Below, piece after piece: positions 1 to 12,938 of a DNA stretch of 64,000 nt (the stretch's first letter is position 1; every line of letters starts with the position of its first letter). Both the position numbers and the translations under genes were made by a program. The stretch is taken from the NCBI RefSeq assembly GCF_009914755.1, contig NC_060931.1; one strand, given 5' to 3'. The notes under the pieces were generated by a model. That model was not told the DNA's origin. It searched no databases and saw nothing but the letters and a program-made list of their open reading frames with translations. Source of the stretch: the human T2T-CHM13v2.0 reference genome, Homo sapiens.

Positions 1-856
1 TTCAAAACTGCACTATCAAAAGAAAGGTTCAGCTCTGTGAGTTGAATGCACACATCTCAAAGGAGTTTCTGAGAATGGTTCTGTCTAGTTTTTATGTGAA
101 GGTATTCGCGATTCCAATGAAGTCTTCAAAGCGCTCCAAATATCTAAATGCGGATTCTACAAAAAGAGTGATTCAAAACTGGTCTAAGAAAAGGAAGGTT
201 CAGCTCTGTGAGTTGAACGCACACATCACAAAAAGTTTCGGACAATGCTCCCATTTAGTTTTTAGGTGAAGATATTACTTTTTCAACCACAGCCTTCGAA
301 ATGCTCCAAATGTCCACTTGCAGATTCGACAAGAAGATTGTTTCCAGGCGGCTCTATCAAAAGAAATGTTCAACTATGGGAGTAAAATACACACATCACA
401 AAGTCGTTTCTGAGAATGCTTCTGTCTAGTTTTTATGTGAAGATATTTCCTTTTCTACCAGAGGCCTGAAAGCGCTCCAAATATCCAATTGCAGATTCTA
501 CAAAAAGAGTGTTTCAAAACTTCTCTATCAAAAGTAAGGGTCTGCTTTGTGAGTTGAATGTACACATCAAAATGAAGTTTCTGATTATACTTCTGTCTAC
601 TTCTTATGTGAAGATATTCCCTTATCCGCAGTGGTCCTCAAAGCCCTCGAAATGCCCACTTGAAGATTCTTCGGAAAGACTGTTTCAAAACTGCTCTATC
701 AAAAGAAAGTTTCCACTTTGTGTGTAGAATGCACACATCACAAAGTCGTTTCTGAGAATGCTTCTGTCTAGTTTTTATAGGAAGATATTTCCTTTTCTAC
801 CATAAGCCTCAAAGCACTGCACATATGAACTGGCAGATTCTTCAAAAAGAGTGTTT

Positions 857-887
857 CAAAACTGCTCTATCAAAACTGTTCTATCAA
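857..887 (+). repeat. 14-bp tandem microduplication inside one monomer (caaaactgctctat/caaaactgttctat/caa), present in every HOR copy
   Basis: Read directly; it replaces the usual ggaaggtt of other monomers. Recurs at ~3590, ~6324, ~9058 and so on. Confidence 0.85.
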
Positions 888-1302
888 CTCTGTGAGTTGA
901 GTGGACACATCACAAAGACGTTTCTGAGAATGCTTCTGTCTAGGTTTTAGGTGAAGATATTCTCGTTTCCAAAGAATGCTTCAAAGAGTACTTAAATATC
1001 CGCCTGCAGATTCTACAAAAGGAGTGTTTCAAAACTGCTCTAACAAAAGAAAGGTTCAACCTGGGAGTTGAATGCACACATCACAAAGAAGTTTCTGAGA
1101 ATGCTTCTGTCTAGTTTTAATGCGAAGATATTCCCTCTTCCACCATAACCTTCAAAGCGCTCCAAATGTCCATTTGCAGATTTTACAAACAGAGTGTTTC
1201 CAGACTGCTCTACCAAAAGAAATTTTCAACTATGGGAGTAGAATGCACACATCACAAATTCGTTTCTGAGAATGCTTCTGTCTAGTTTTTATGTGAAGAT
1301 AT

Positions 1303-1319
1303 TTCCTTTTCTACCATAG
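1303..1319 (-). other. pJ-alpha-like A-box (TTCCTTTTCTACCATAG on +), representative of the A-type monomers
   Basis: One mismatch to the reverse complement of the pJ-alpha motif (TTCCTTTTYCACCRTAG), at the monomer position occupied by the CENP-B box in B-type monomers. Confidence 0.65.
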
Positions 1320-1986
1320 GCATAAACGTGCTCCAAATATCCACTGGCAGATTCTAAAAAAAGAGTGTTTCAAAACTGCTCTATCAAAAGGAAGGTTCAA
1401 TTCTGTGAGTTGAATGCACACATCACAAAGTAGTTTCTGAGAATGCTTCTGCCTAATTTTTAATTTTAAGATATTCCCATTTCCTAAGAAGGCTTCAATT
1501 TGCTCCAAATATCCACTTGCAGATTGTACAAAAAGAGGGTTTCAAAACTGCTCTATCAAAAGGAAGGTTCAACTCTGTGAGATGAATGCACACATCACAA
1601 AGTGGTTTCAGAGAATGCTTGTTTCTAGTTTTCAGGTGACGATATTCCCGTTTCCAATGTAGCACTCAAAGAGCTCCAAATATCCTCCTGCAGATTGTGC
1701 AAAAAGGGTGTTTCAAAACTGCTCTATCAAAAAGAAGCTTCAACTCTGTGAGTTGAATGCACAAATCACAAAGAAGTTTCTGGGAATACTTCTGTCTATT
1801 TTTATGTGACGATACTCCCGTTTCCAAAGAAGGCTTCAAAGCACTCCAAATATCCACCTGCAGATTATAAAGGAAGAGTTTTTCAAAACTGCTCAATCCA
1901 AAGGAAGGTTCAGCTCCGTGAGTTCAATGCCCACATCACAAAGAAGTTTCTGAGAATGCTTCTGTCTAGTTTCAAGGGGAAGATAT

Positions 1987-2003
1987 TCCCGTTTCCAACG
2001 AAG
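1987..2003 (-). other. CENP-B box (intact)
   Basis: + strand TCCCGTTTCCAACGAAG is the reverse complement of CTTCGTTGGAAACGGGA. Confidence 0.95.
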
Positions 2004-4719
2004 GCTTCAAAGCGCTCCAAATATCCACTTGCAGAGTCTACAAAAAGACTGTTTCAAAACTGCTCTATAAAAGTAAGGTTGTACCTTGTTAGTTGAATGC
2101 ACCCATCAAAATGAAGTTTCTGAGAACACTTCTGTCTACTTTTCATGTGAAGATATTTCCTTATCCACAATAGTCCCCAAAGCCCTCAAAATGCCCACTG
2201 GAAGATTCCTCAAAAAGACGGTTTCAAAACTGCAGTATCAGAAGGAAATTTCAACTATGTGAGTAGAATGCACACATCACAAAGTAGTTTCTGAGAATGC
2301 TTCTGTCTAGTTTTTATATGAAGATATTTCCTTTTCTACCTTAAGCCTCAAAGTGCTGCAATTATGCACTTTCAGATTCTTCAAAAAGAGGGTTTCAAAA
2401 CTGCTCTAGCAAAAGGAAGTTTCAACGCTGTGAGTTGAATGCACACATCACAAAGAAGTTTCTGAGAATGCTTCTGTCTAATTTTTATGTGAAGATAATC
2501 CTGTTTCCCAAGAAGGCTTCAAAGCACCCTAATATCCGCCTCCAGATTCTACAGAAAGAGTGTTTCAAAACTGCTCTATCAAAAGGAAGGTTCAACTCTG
2601 TGAGTTGAATGCAGACATCATAAAGGAGTTTCTGAGAATGCTTCTGTCTTGTTTTAATGTGAAGATACTTCCTTTTCAACCGATAGCCTAAAAGAGCTCC
2701 AAATGTCCAACTGCAGATTTTTTAAAAAGAATGTTTCAAAACTGCACTATCAAAAGAAAGGTTCAGCTCTGTGAGTTGAATGCACACATCTCAAAGGAGT
2801 TTCTGAGAATGGTTCTGTCTAGTTTTTATGTGAAGGTATTCGCGATTCCAATGAAGTCTTCAAAGCGCTCCAAATATCTAAATGCGGATTCTACAAAAAG
2901 AGTGATTCAAAACTGGTCTAAGAAAAGGAAGGTTCAGCTCTGTGAGTTGAACGCACACATCACAAAAAGTTTCGGACAATGCTCCCATTTAGTTTTTAGG
3001 TGAAGATATTACCTTTTCAACCACAGCCTTCGAAATGCTCCAAATGTCCACTTGCAGATTCTACAAGAAGATTGTTTCCAGGCGGCTCTATCAAAAGAAA
3101 TGTTCAACTATGGGAGTAGAATACACACATCACAAAGTCGTTTCTGAGAATGCTTCTGTCTAGTTTTTATGTGAAGATATTTCCTTTTCTACCAGAGGCC
3201 TGAAAGCGCTCCAAATATCCAATTGCAGATTCTACAAAAAGAGTGTTTCAAAACTTCTCTATCAAAAGTAAGGGTCTGCTTTGTGAGTTGAATGTACACA
3301 TCAAAATGAAGTTTCTGATTATACTTCTGTCTACTTCTTATGTGAAGATATTCCCTTATCCGCAGTGGTCCTCTAAGCCCTCGAAATGCCCACTTGAAGA
3401 TTCTTCGGAAAGACTGTTTCAAAACTGCTCTATCAAAAGAAAGTTTCAACTTTGTGTGTAGAATGCACCCATCACAAATCGTTTCTGAGAATGCTTCTGT
3501 CTAGTTTTTATAGGAAGATATTTCCTTTTCTACCATAAGCCTCAAAGCACTGCACATATGAACTGGCAGATTCTTCAAAAAGAGTGTTTCAAAACTGCTC
3601 TATCAAAACTGTTCTATCAACTCTGTGAGTTGAGTGGACACATCACAAAGACGTTTCTGAGAATGCTTCTGTCTAGGTTTTAGGTGAAGATATTCTCGTT
3701 TCCAAAGAATGCTTCAAAGAGTACTTAAATATCCGCCTGCAGATTCTACAAAAGGAGTGTTTCAAAACTGCTCTAACAAAAGAAAGGTTCAACCTGGGAG
3801 TTGAATGCACACATCACAAAGAAGTTTCTGAGAATGCTTCTGTCTAGTTTTAATGCGAAGATATTCCCTCTTCCACCATAACCTTCAAAGCGCTCCAAAT
3901 GTCCATTTGCAGATTTTACAAACAGAGTGTTTCCAGACTGCTCTACCAAAAGAAATTTTCAACTATGGGAGTAGAATGCACACATCACAAATTCGTTTCT
4001 GAGAATGCTTCTGTCTAGTTTTTATGTGAAGATATTTCCTTTTCTACCATAGGCATAAACGTGCTCCAAATATCCACTGGCAGATTCTAAAAAAAGAGTG
4101 TTTCAAAACTGCTCTATCAAAAGGAAGGTTCAATTCTGTGAGTTGAATGCACACATCACAAAGTAGTTTCTGAGAATGCTTCTGCCTAATTTTTAATTTT
4201 AAGATATTCCCATTTCCTAAGAAGGCTTCAATTTGCTCCAAATATCCACTTGCAGATTGTACAAAAAGAGGGTTTCAAAACTGCTCTATCAAAAGGAAGG
4301 TTCAACTCTGTGAGATGAATGCACACATCACAAAGTGGTTTCAGAGAATGCTTGTTTCTAGTTTTCAGGTGACGATATTCCCGTTTCCAATGTAGCACTC
4401 AAAGAGCTCCAAATATCCTCCTGCAGATTGTGCAAAAAGGGTGTTTCAAAACTGCTCTATCAAAAAGAAGCTTCAACTCTGTGAGTTGAATGCACAAATC
4501 ACAAAGAAGTTTCTGGGAATACTTCTGTCTATTTTTATGTGACGATACTCCCGTTTCCAAAGAAGGCTTCAAAGCACTCCAAATATCCACCTGCAGATTA
4601 TAAAGGAAGAGTTTTTCAAAACTGCTCAATCCAAAGGAAGGTTCAGCTCCGTGAGTTCAATGCCCACATCACAAAGAAGTTTCTGAGAATGCTTCTGTCT
4701 AGTTTCAAGGGGAAGATAT

Positions 4720-4736
4720 TCCCGTTTCCAACGAAG
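4720..4736 (-). other. CENP-B box (intact)
   Basis: TCCCGTTTCCAACGAAG on +. Confidence 0.95.
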
Positions 4737-7453
4737 GCTTCAAAGCGCTCCAAATATCCACTTGCAGAGTCTACAAAAAGACTGTTTCAAAACTGCTCTA
4801 TAAAAGTAAGGTTGTACCTTGTTAGTTGAATGCACCCATCAAAATGAAGTTTCTGAGAACACTTCTGTCTACTTTTCATGTGAAGATATTTCCTTATCCA
4901 CAATAGTCCCCAAAGCCCTCAAAATGCCCACTGGAAGATTCCTCAAAAAGACGGTTTCAAAACTGCAGTATCAGAAGGAAATTTCAACTATGTGAGTAGA
5001 ATGCACACATCACAAAGTAGTTTCTGAGAATGCTTCTGTCTAGTTTTTATATGAAGATATTTCCTTTTCTACCTTAAGCCTCAAAGTGCTGCAATTATGC
5101 ACTTTCAGATTCTTCAAAAAGAGGGTTTCAAAACTGCTCTAGCAAAAGGAAGTTTCAACGCTGTGAGTTGAATGCACACATCACAAAGAAGTTTCTGAGA
5201 ATGCTTCTGTCTAATTTTTATGTGAAGATAATCCTGTTTCCCAAGAAGGCTTCAAAGCACCCTAATATCCGCCTCCAGATTCTACAGAAAGAGTGTTTCA
5301 AAACTGCTCTATCAAAAGGAAGGTTCAACTCTGTGAGTTGAATGCAGACATCATAAAGGAGTTTCTGAGAATGCTTCTGTCTTGTTTTAATGTGAAGATA
5401 CTTCCTTTTCAACCGATAGCCTAAAAGAGCTCCAAATGTCCAACTGCAGATTTTTTAAAAAGAATGTTTCAAAACTGCACTATCAAAAGAAAGGTTCAGC
5501 TCTGTGAGTTGAATGCACACATCTCAAAGGAGTTTCTGAGAATGGTTCTGTCTAGTTTTTATGTGAAGGTATTCGCGATTCCAATGAAGTCTTCAAAGCG
5601 CTCCAAATATCTAAATGCGGATTCTACAAAAAGAGTGATTCAAAACTGGTCTAAGAAAAGGAAGGTTCAGCTCTGTGAGTTGAACGCACACATCACAAAA
5701 AGTTTCGGACAATGCTCCCATTTAGTTTTTAGGTGAAGATATTACTTTTTCAACCACAGCCTTCGAAATGCTCCAAATGTCCACTTGCAGATTCGACAAG
5801 AAGATTGTTTCCAGGCGGCTCTATCAAAAGAAATGTTCAACTATGGGAGTAAAATACACACATCACAAAGTCGTTTCTGAGAATGCTTCTGTCTAGTTTT
5901 TATGTGAAGATATTTCCTTTTCTACCAGAGGCCTGAAAGCGCTCCAAATATCCAATTGCAGATTCTACAAAAAGAGTGTTTCAAAACTTCTCTATCAAAA
6001 GTAAGGGTCTGCTTTGTGAGTTGAATGTACACATCAAAATGAAGTTTCTGATTATACTTCTGTCTACTTCTTATGTGAAGATATTCCCTTATCCGCAGTG
6101 GTCCTCAAAGCCCTCGAAATGCCCACTTGAAGATTCTTCGGAAAGACTGTTTCAAAACTGCTCTATCAAAAGAAAGTTTCCACTTTGTGTGTAGAATGCA
6201 CACATCACAAAGTCGTTTCTGAGAATGCTTCTGTCTAGTTTTTATAGGAAGATATTTCCTTTTCTACCATAAGCCTCAAAGCACTGCACATATGAACTGG
6301 CAGATTCTTCAAAAAGAGTGTTTCAAAACTGCTCTATCAAAACTGTTCTATCAACTCTGTGAGTTGAGTGGACACATCACAAAGACGTTTCTGAGAATGC
6401 TTCTGTCTAGGTTTTAGGTGAAGATATTCTCGTTTCCAAAGAATGCTTCAAAGAGTACTTAAATATCCGCCTGCAGATTCTACAAAAGGAGTGTTTCAAA
6501 ACTGCTCTAACAAAAGAAAGGTTCAACCTGGGAGTTGAATGCACACATCACAAAGAAGTTTCTGAGAATGCTTCTGTCTAGTTTTAATGCGAAGATATTC
6601 CCTCTTCCACCATAACCTTCAAAGCGCTCCAAATGTCCATTTGCAGATTTTACAAACAGAGTGTTTCCAGACTGCTCTACCAAAAGAAATTTTCAACTAT
6701 GGGAGTAGAATGCACACATCACAAATTCGTTTCTGAGAATGCTTCTGTCTAGTTTTTATGTGAAGATATTTCCTTTTCTACCATAGGCATAAACGTGCTC
6801 CAAATATCCACTGGCAGATTCTAAAAAAAGAGTGTTTCAAAACTGCTCTATCAAAAGGAAGGTTCAATTCTGTGAGTTGAATGCACACATCACAAAGTAG
6901 TTTCTGAGAATGCTTCTGCCTAATTTTTAATTTTAAGATATTCCCATTTCCTAAGAAGGCTTCAATTTGCTCCAAATATCCACTTGCAGATTGTACAAAA
7001 AGAGGGTTTCAAAACTGCTCTATCAAAAGGAAGGTTCAACTCTGTGAGATGAATGCACACATCACAAAGTGGTTTCAGAGAATGCTTGTTTCTAGTTTTC
7101 AGGTGACGATATTCCCGTTTCCAATGTAGCACTCAAAGAGCTCCAAATATCCTCCTGCAGATTGTGCAAAAAGGGTGTTTCAAAACTGCTCTATCAAAAA
7201 GAAGCTTCAACTCTGTGAGTTGAATGCACAAATCACAAAGAAGTTTCTGGGAATACTTCTGTCTATTTTTATGTGACGATACTCCCGTTTCCAAAGAAGG
7301 CTTCAAAGCACTCCAAATATCCACCTGCAGATTATAAAGGAAGAGTTTTTCAAAACTGCTCAATCCAAAGGAAGGTTCAGCTCCGTGAGTTCAATGCCCA
7401 CATCACAAAGAAGTTTCTGAGAATGCTTCTGTCTAGTTTCAAGGGGAAGATAT

Positions 7454-7470
7454 TCCCGTTTCCAACGAAG
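7454..7470 (-). other. CENP-B box (intact)
   Basis: TCCCGTTTCCAACGAAG on +. Confidence 0.95.
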
Positions 7471-10187
7471 GCTTCAAAGCGCTCCAAATATCCACTTGCA
7501 GAGTCTACAAAAAGACTGTTTCAAAACTGCTCTATAAAAGTAAGGTTGTACCTTGTTAGTTGAATGCACCCATCAAAATGAAGTTTCTGAGAACACTTCT
7601 GTCTACTTTTCATGTGAAGATATTTCCTTATCCACAATAGTCCCCAAAGCCCTCAAAATGCCCACTGGAAGATTCCTCAAAAAGACGGTTTCAAAACTGC
7701 AGTATCAGAAGGAAATTTCAACTATGTGAGTAGAATGCACACATCACAAAGTAGTTTCTGAGAATGCTTCTGTCTAGTTTTTATATGAAGATATTTCCTT
7801 TTCTACCTTAAGCCTCAAAGTGCTGCAATTACGCACTTTCAGATTCTTCAAAAAGAGGGTTTCAAAACTGCTCTAGCAAAAGGAAGTTTCAACGCTGTGA
7901 GTTGAATGCACACATCACAAAGAAGTTTCTGAGAATGCTTCTGTCTAATTTTTATGTGAAGATAATCCTGTTTCCCAAGAAGGCTTCAAAGCACCCTAAT
8001 ATCCGCCTCCAGATTCTACAGAAAGAGTGTTTCAAAACTGCTCTATCAAAAGGAAGGTTCAACTCTGTGAGTTGAATGCAGACATCATAAAGGAGTTTCT
8101 GAGAATGCTTCTGTCTTGTTTTAATGTGAAGATACTTCCTTTTCAACCGATAGCCTAAAAGAGCTCCAAATGTCCAACTGCAGATTTTTTAAAAAGAATG
8201 TTTCAAAACTGCACTATCAAAAGAAAGGTTCAGCTCTGTGAGTTGAATGCACACATCTCAAAGGAGTTTCTGAGAATGGTTCTGTCTAGTTTTTATGTGA
8301 AGGTATTCGCGATTCCAATGAAGTCTTCAAAGCGCTCCAAATATCTGAATGCGGATTCTACAAAAAGAGTGATTCAAAACTGGTCTAAGAAAAGGAAGGT
8401 TCAGCTCTGTGAGTTGAACGCACACATCACAAAAAGTTTCGGAGAATGCTTCCATTTAGTTTTTAGGTGAAGATATTACCTTTTCAACCACAGCCTTCAA
8501 AACGCTCCAAATGTCCACTTGCAGATTCTACAAGAAGATTGTTTCCAGGCGGCTCTATCAAAAGAAATGTTCAACTATGGGAGTAGAATACACACATCAC
8601 AAAGTCGTTTCTGAGAATGCTTCTGTCTAGTTTTTATGTGAAGATATTTCCTTTTCTACCAGAGGCCTGAAAGCGCTCCAAATATCCAATTGCAGATTCT
8701 ACAAAAAGAGTGTTTCAAAACTTCTCTATCAAAAGTAAGGGTCTGCTTTGTGAGTTGAATGTACACATCAAAATGAAGTTTCTGATTATACTTCTGTCTA
8801 CTTCTTATGTGAAGATATTCCCTTATCCGCAATGGTCCTCAAAGCCCTCGAAATGCCCACTTGAAGATTCTTCGGAAAGACTGTTTCAAAACTGCTCTAT
8901 CAAAAGAAAGTTTCCACTTTGTGTGTAGAATGCACACATCACAAAGTCGTTTCTGAGAATGCTTCTGTCTAGTTTTTATAGGAAGATATTTCCTTTTCTA
9001 CCATAAGCCTCAAAGCACTGCACATATGAACTGGCAGATTCTTCAAAAAGAGTGTTTCAAAACTGCTCTATCAAAACTGTTCTATCAACTCTGTGAGTTG
9101 AGTGGACACATCACAAAGACGTTTCTGAGAATGCTTCTGTCTAGGTTTTAGGTGAAGATATTCTCGTTTCCAAAGAATGCTTCAAAGAGTACTTAAATAT
9201 CCGCCTGCAGATTCTACAAAAGGAGTGTTTCAAAACTGCTCTAACAAAAGAAAGGTTCAACCTGGGAGTTGAATGCACACATCACAAAGAAGTTTCTGAG
9301 AATGCTTCTGTCTAGTTTTAATGCGAAGATATTCCCTCTTCCACCATAACCTTCAAAGCGCTCCAAATGTCCATTTGCAGATTTTACAAACAGAGTGTTT
9401 CCAGACTGCTCTACCAAAAGAAATTTTCAACTATGGGAGTAGAATGCACACATCACAAATTCGTTTCTGAGAATGCTTCTGTCTAGTTTTTATGTGAAGA
9501 TATTTCCTTTTCTACCATAGGCATAAACGTGCTCCAAATATCCACTGGCAGATTCTAAAAAAAGAGTGTTTCAAAACTGCTCTATCAAAAGGAAGGTTCA
9601 ATTCTGTGAGTTGAATGCACACATCACAAAGTAGTTTCTGAGAATGCTTCTGCCTAATTTTTAATTTTAAGATATTCCCATTTCCAAAGAAGGCTTCAAT
9701 TTGCTCCAAATATCCACTTGCAGATTGTACAAAAAGAGGGTTTCAAAACTGCTCTATCAAAAGGAAGGTTCAACTCTGTGAGATGAATGCACACATCACA
9801 AAGTGGTTTCAGAGAATGCTTGTTTCTAGTTTTCAGGTGACGATATTCCCGTTTCCAATGTAGCACTCAAAGAGCTCCAAATATCCTCCTGCAGATTGTG
9901 CAAAAAGGGTGTTTCAAAACTGCTCTATCAAAAAGAAGCTTCAACTCTGTGAGTTGAATGCACAAATCACAAAGAAGTTTCTGGGAATACTTCTGTCTAT
10001 TTTTATGTGACGATACTCCCGTTTCCAAAGAAGGCTTCAAAGCACTCCAAATATCCACCTGCAGATTATAAAGGAAGAGTTTTTCAAAACTGCTCAATCC
10101 AAAGGAAGGTTCAGCTCCGTGAGTTCAATGCCCACATCACAAAGAAGTTTCTGAGAATGCTTCTGTCTAGTTTCAAGGGGAAGATAT

Positions 10188-10204
10188 TCCCGTTTCCAAC
10201 GAAG
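10188..10204 (-). other. CENP-B box (intact)
   Basis: TCCCGTTTCCAACGAAG on +. Confidence 0.95.
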
Positions 10205-12921
10205 GCTTCAAAGCGCTCCAAATATCCACTTGCAGAGTCTACAAAAAGACTGTTTCAAAACTGCTCTATAAAAGTAAGGTTGTACCTTGTTAGTTGAATG
10301 CACCCATCAAAATGAAGTTTCTGAGAACACTTCTGTCTACTTTTCATGTGAAGATATTTCCTTATCCACAATAGTCCCCAAAGCCCTCAAAATGCCCACT
10401 GGAAGATTCCTCAAAAAGACGGTTTCAAAACTGCAGTATCAGAAGGAAATTTCAACTATGTGAGTAGAATGCACACATCACAAAGTAGTTTCTGAGAATG
10501 CTTCTGTCTAGTTTTTATATGAAGATATTTCCTTTTCTACCTTAAGCCTCAAAGTGCTGCAATTACGCACTTTCAGATTCTTCAAAAAGAGGGTTTCAAA
10601 ACTGCTCTAGCAAAAGGAAGTTTCAACGCTGTGAGTTGAATGCACACATCACAAAGAAGTTTCTGAGAATGCTTCTGTCTAATTTTTATGTGAAGATAAT
10701 CCTGTTTCCCAAGAAGGCTTCAAAGCACCCTAATATCCGCCTCCAGATTCTACAGAAAGAGTGTTTCAAAACTGCTCTATCAAAAGGAAGGTTCAACTCT
10801 GTGAGTTGAATGCAGACATCATAAAGGAGTTTCTGAGAATGCTTCTGTCTTGTTTTAATGTGAAGATACTTCCTTTTCAACCGATAGCCTAAAAGAGCTC
10901 CAAATGTCCAACTGCAGATTTTTTAAAAAGAATGTTTCAAAACTGCACTATCAAAAGAAAGGTTCAGCTCTGTGAGTTGAATGCACACATCTCAAAGGAG
11001 TTTCTGAGAATGGTTCTGTCTAGTTTTTATGTGAAGGTATTCGCGATTCCAATGAAGTCTTCAAAGCGCTCCAAATATCTGAATGCGGATTCTACAAAAA
11101 GAGTGATTCAAAACTGGTCTAAGAAAAGGAAGGTTCAGCTCTGTGAGTTGAACGCACACATCACAAAAAGTTTCGGAGAATGCTTCCATTTAGTTTTTAG
11201 GTGAAGATATTACCTTTTCAACCACAGCCTTCAAAACGCTCCAAATGTCCACTTGCAGATTCTACAAGAAGATTGTTTCCAGGCGGCTCTATCAAAAGAA
11301 ATGTTCAACTATGGGAGTAGAATACACACATCACAAAGTCGTTTCTGAGAATGCTTCTGTCTAGTTTTTATGTGAAGATATTTCCTTTTCTACCAGAGGC
11401 CTGAAAGCGCTCCAAATATCCAATTGCAGATTCTACAAAAAGAGTGTTTCAAAACTTCTCTATCAAAAGTAAGGGTCTGCTTTGTGAGTTGAATGTACAC
11501 ATCAAAATGAAGTTTCTGATTATACTTCTGTCTACTTCTTATGTGAAGATATTCCCTTATCCGCAATGGTCCTCAAAGCCCTCGAAATGCCCACTTGAAG
11601 ATTCTTCGGAAAGACTGTTTCAAAACTGCTCTATCAAAAGAAAGTTTCCACTTTGTGTGTAGAATGCACACATCACAAAGTCGTTTCTGAGAATGCTTCT
11701 GTCTAGTTTTTATAGGAAGATATTTCCTTTTCTACCATAAGCCTCAAAGCACTGCACATATGAACTGGCAGATTCTTCAAAAAGAGTGTTTCAAAACTGC
11801 TCTATCAAAACTGTTCTATCAACTCTGTGAGTTGAGTGGACACATCACAAAGACGTTTCTGAGAATGCTTCTGTCTAGGTTTTAGGTGAAGATATTCTCG
11901 TTTCCAAAGAATGCTTCAAAGAGTACTTAAATATCCGCCTGCAGATTCTACAAAAGGAGTGTTTCAAAACTGCTCTAACAAAAGAAAGGTTCAACCTGGG
12001 AGTTGAATGCACACATCAGAAAGAAGTTTCTGAGAATGCTTCTGTCTAGTTTTAATGCGAAGATATTCCCTCTTCCACCATAACCTTCAAAGCGCTCCAA
12101 ATGTCCATTTGCAGATTTTACAAACAGAGTGTTTCCAGACTGCTCTACCAAAAGAAATTTTCAACTATGGGAGTAGAATGCACACATCAGAAATTCGTTT
12201 CTGAGAATGCTTCTGTCTAGTTTTTATGTGAAGATATTTCCTTTTCTACCATAGGCATAAACGTGCTCCAAATATCCACTGGCAGATTCTAAAAAAAGAG
12301 TGTTTCAAAACTGCTCTATCAAAAGGAAGGTTCAATTCTGTGAGTTGAATGCACACATCACAAAGTAGTTTCTGAGAATGCTTCTGCCTAATTTTTAATT
12401 TTAAGATATTCCCATTTCCAAAGAAGGCTTCAATTTGCTCCAAATATCCACTTGCAGATTGTACAAAAAGAGGGTTTCAAAACTGCTCTATCAAAAGGAA
12501 GGTTCAACTCTGTGAGATGAATGCACACATCACAAAGTGGTTTCAGAGAATGCTTGTTTCTAGTTTTCAGGTGACGATATTCCCGTTTCCAATGTAGCAC
12601 TCAAAGAGCTCCAAATATCCTCCTGCAGATTGTGCAAAAAGGGTGTTTCAAAACTGCTCTATCAAAAAGAAGCTTCAACTCTGTGAGTTGAATGCACAAA
12701 TCACAAAGAAGTTTCTGGGAATACTTCTGTCTATTTTTATGTGACGATACTCCCGTTTCCAAAGAAGGCTTCAAAGCACTCCAAATATCCACCTGCAGAT
12801 TATAAAGGAAGAGTTTTTCAAAACTGCTCAATCCAAAGGAAGGTTCAGCTCCGTGAGTTCAATGCCCACATCACAAAGAAGTTTCTGAGAATGCTTCTGT
12901 CTAGTTTCAAGGGGAAGATAT

Positions 12922-12938
12922 TCCCGTTTCCAACGAAG
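12922..12938 (-). other. CENP-B box (intact)
   Basis: TCCCGTTTCCAACGAAG on +. Confidence 0.95.

Larger units (their letters stand above)
1..2734 (-). repeat. Reference 16-monomer HOR unit (phase set arbitrarily at window start)
   Basis: The sequence at position 1 (ttcaaaactgcactatcaaaagaaagg) recurs at 2735; 2734/16 is about 171. Box types m1-m16 read by eye: B,A,A,A,A,B,A,A,B,B,B,B(intact),A,A,B,A. One HindIII site (AAGCTT) at 1735-1740. Confidence 0.95.

Noticed and set aside
407-422. Short dyads such as ttctgagaa and gtttcaaaac as hairpins or terminators
   Set aside because: These are generic short imperfect palindromes found in every alphoid monomer, with nothing specific to this window.
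1-2734. Identification as D17Z1 (also a 2.7-kb 16-mer)
   Set aside because: D17Z1 is SF3 pentameric, CENP-B-box-rich and EcoRI-defined. This unit has one box, and I saw EcoRI sites only as sporadic variants (~36950, ~55994, ~59927).
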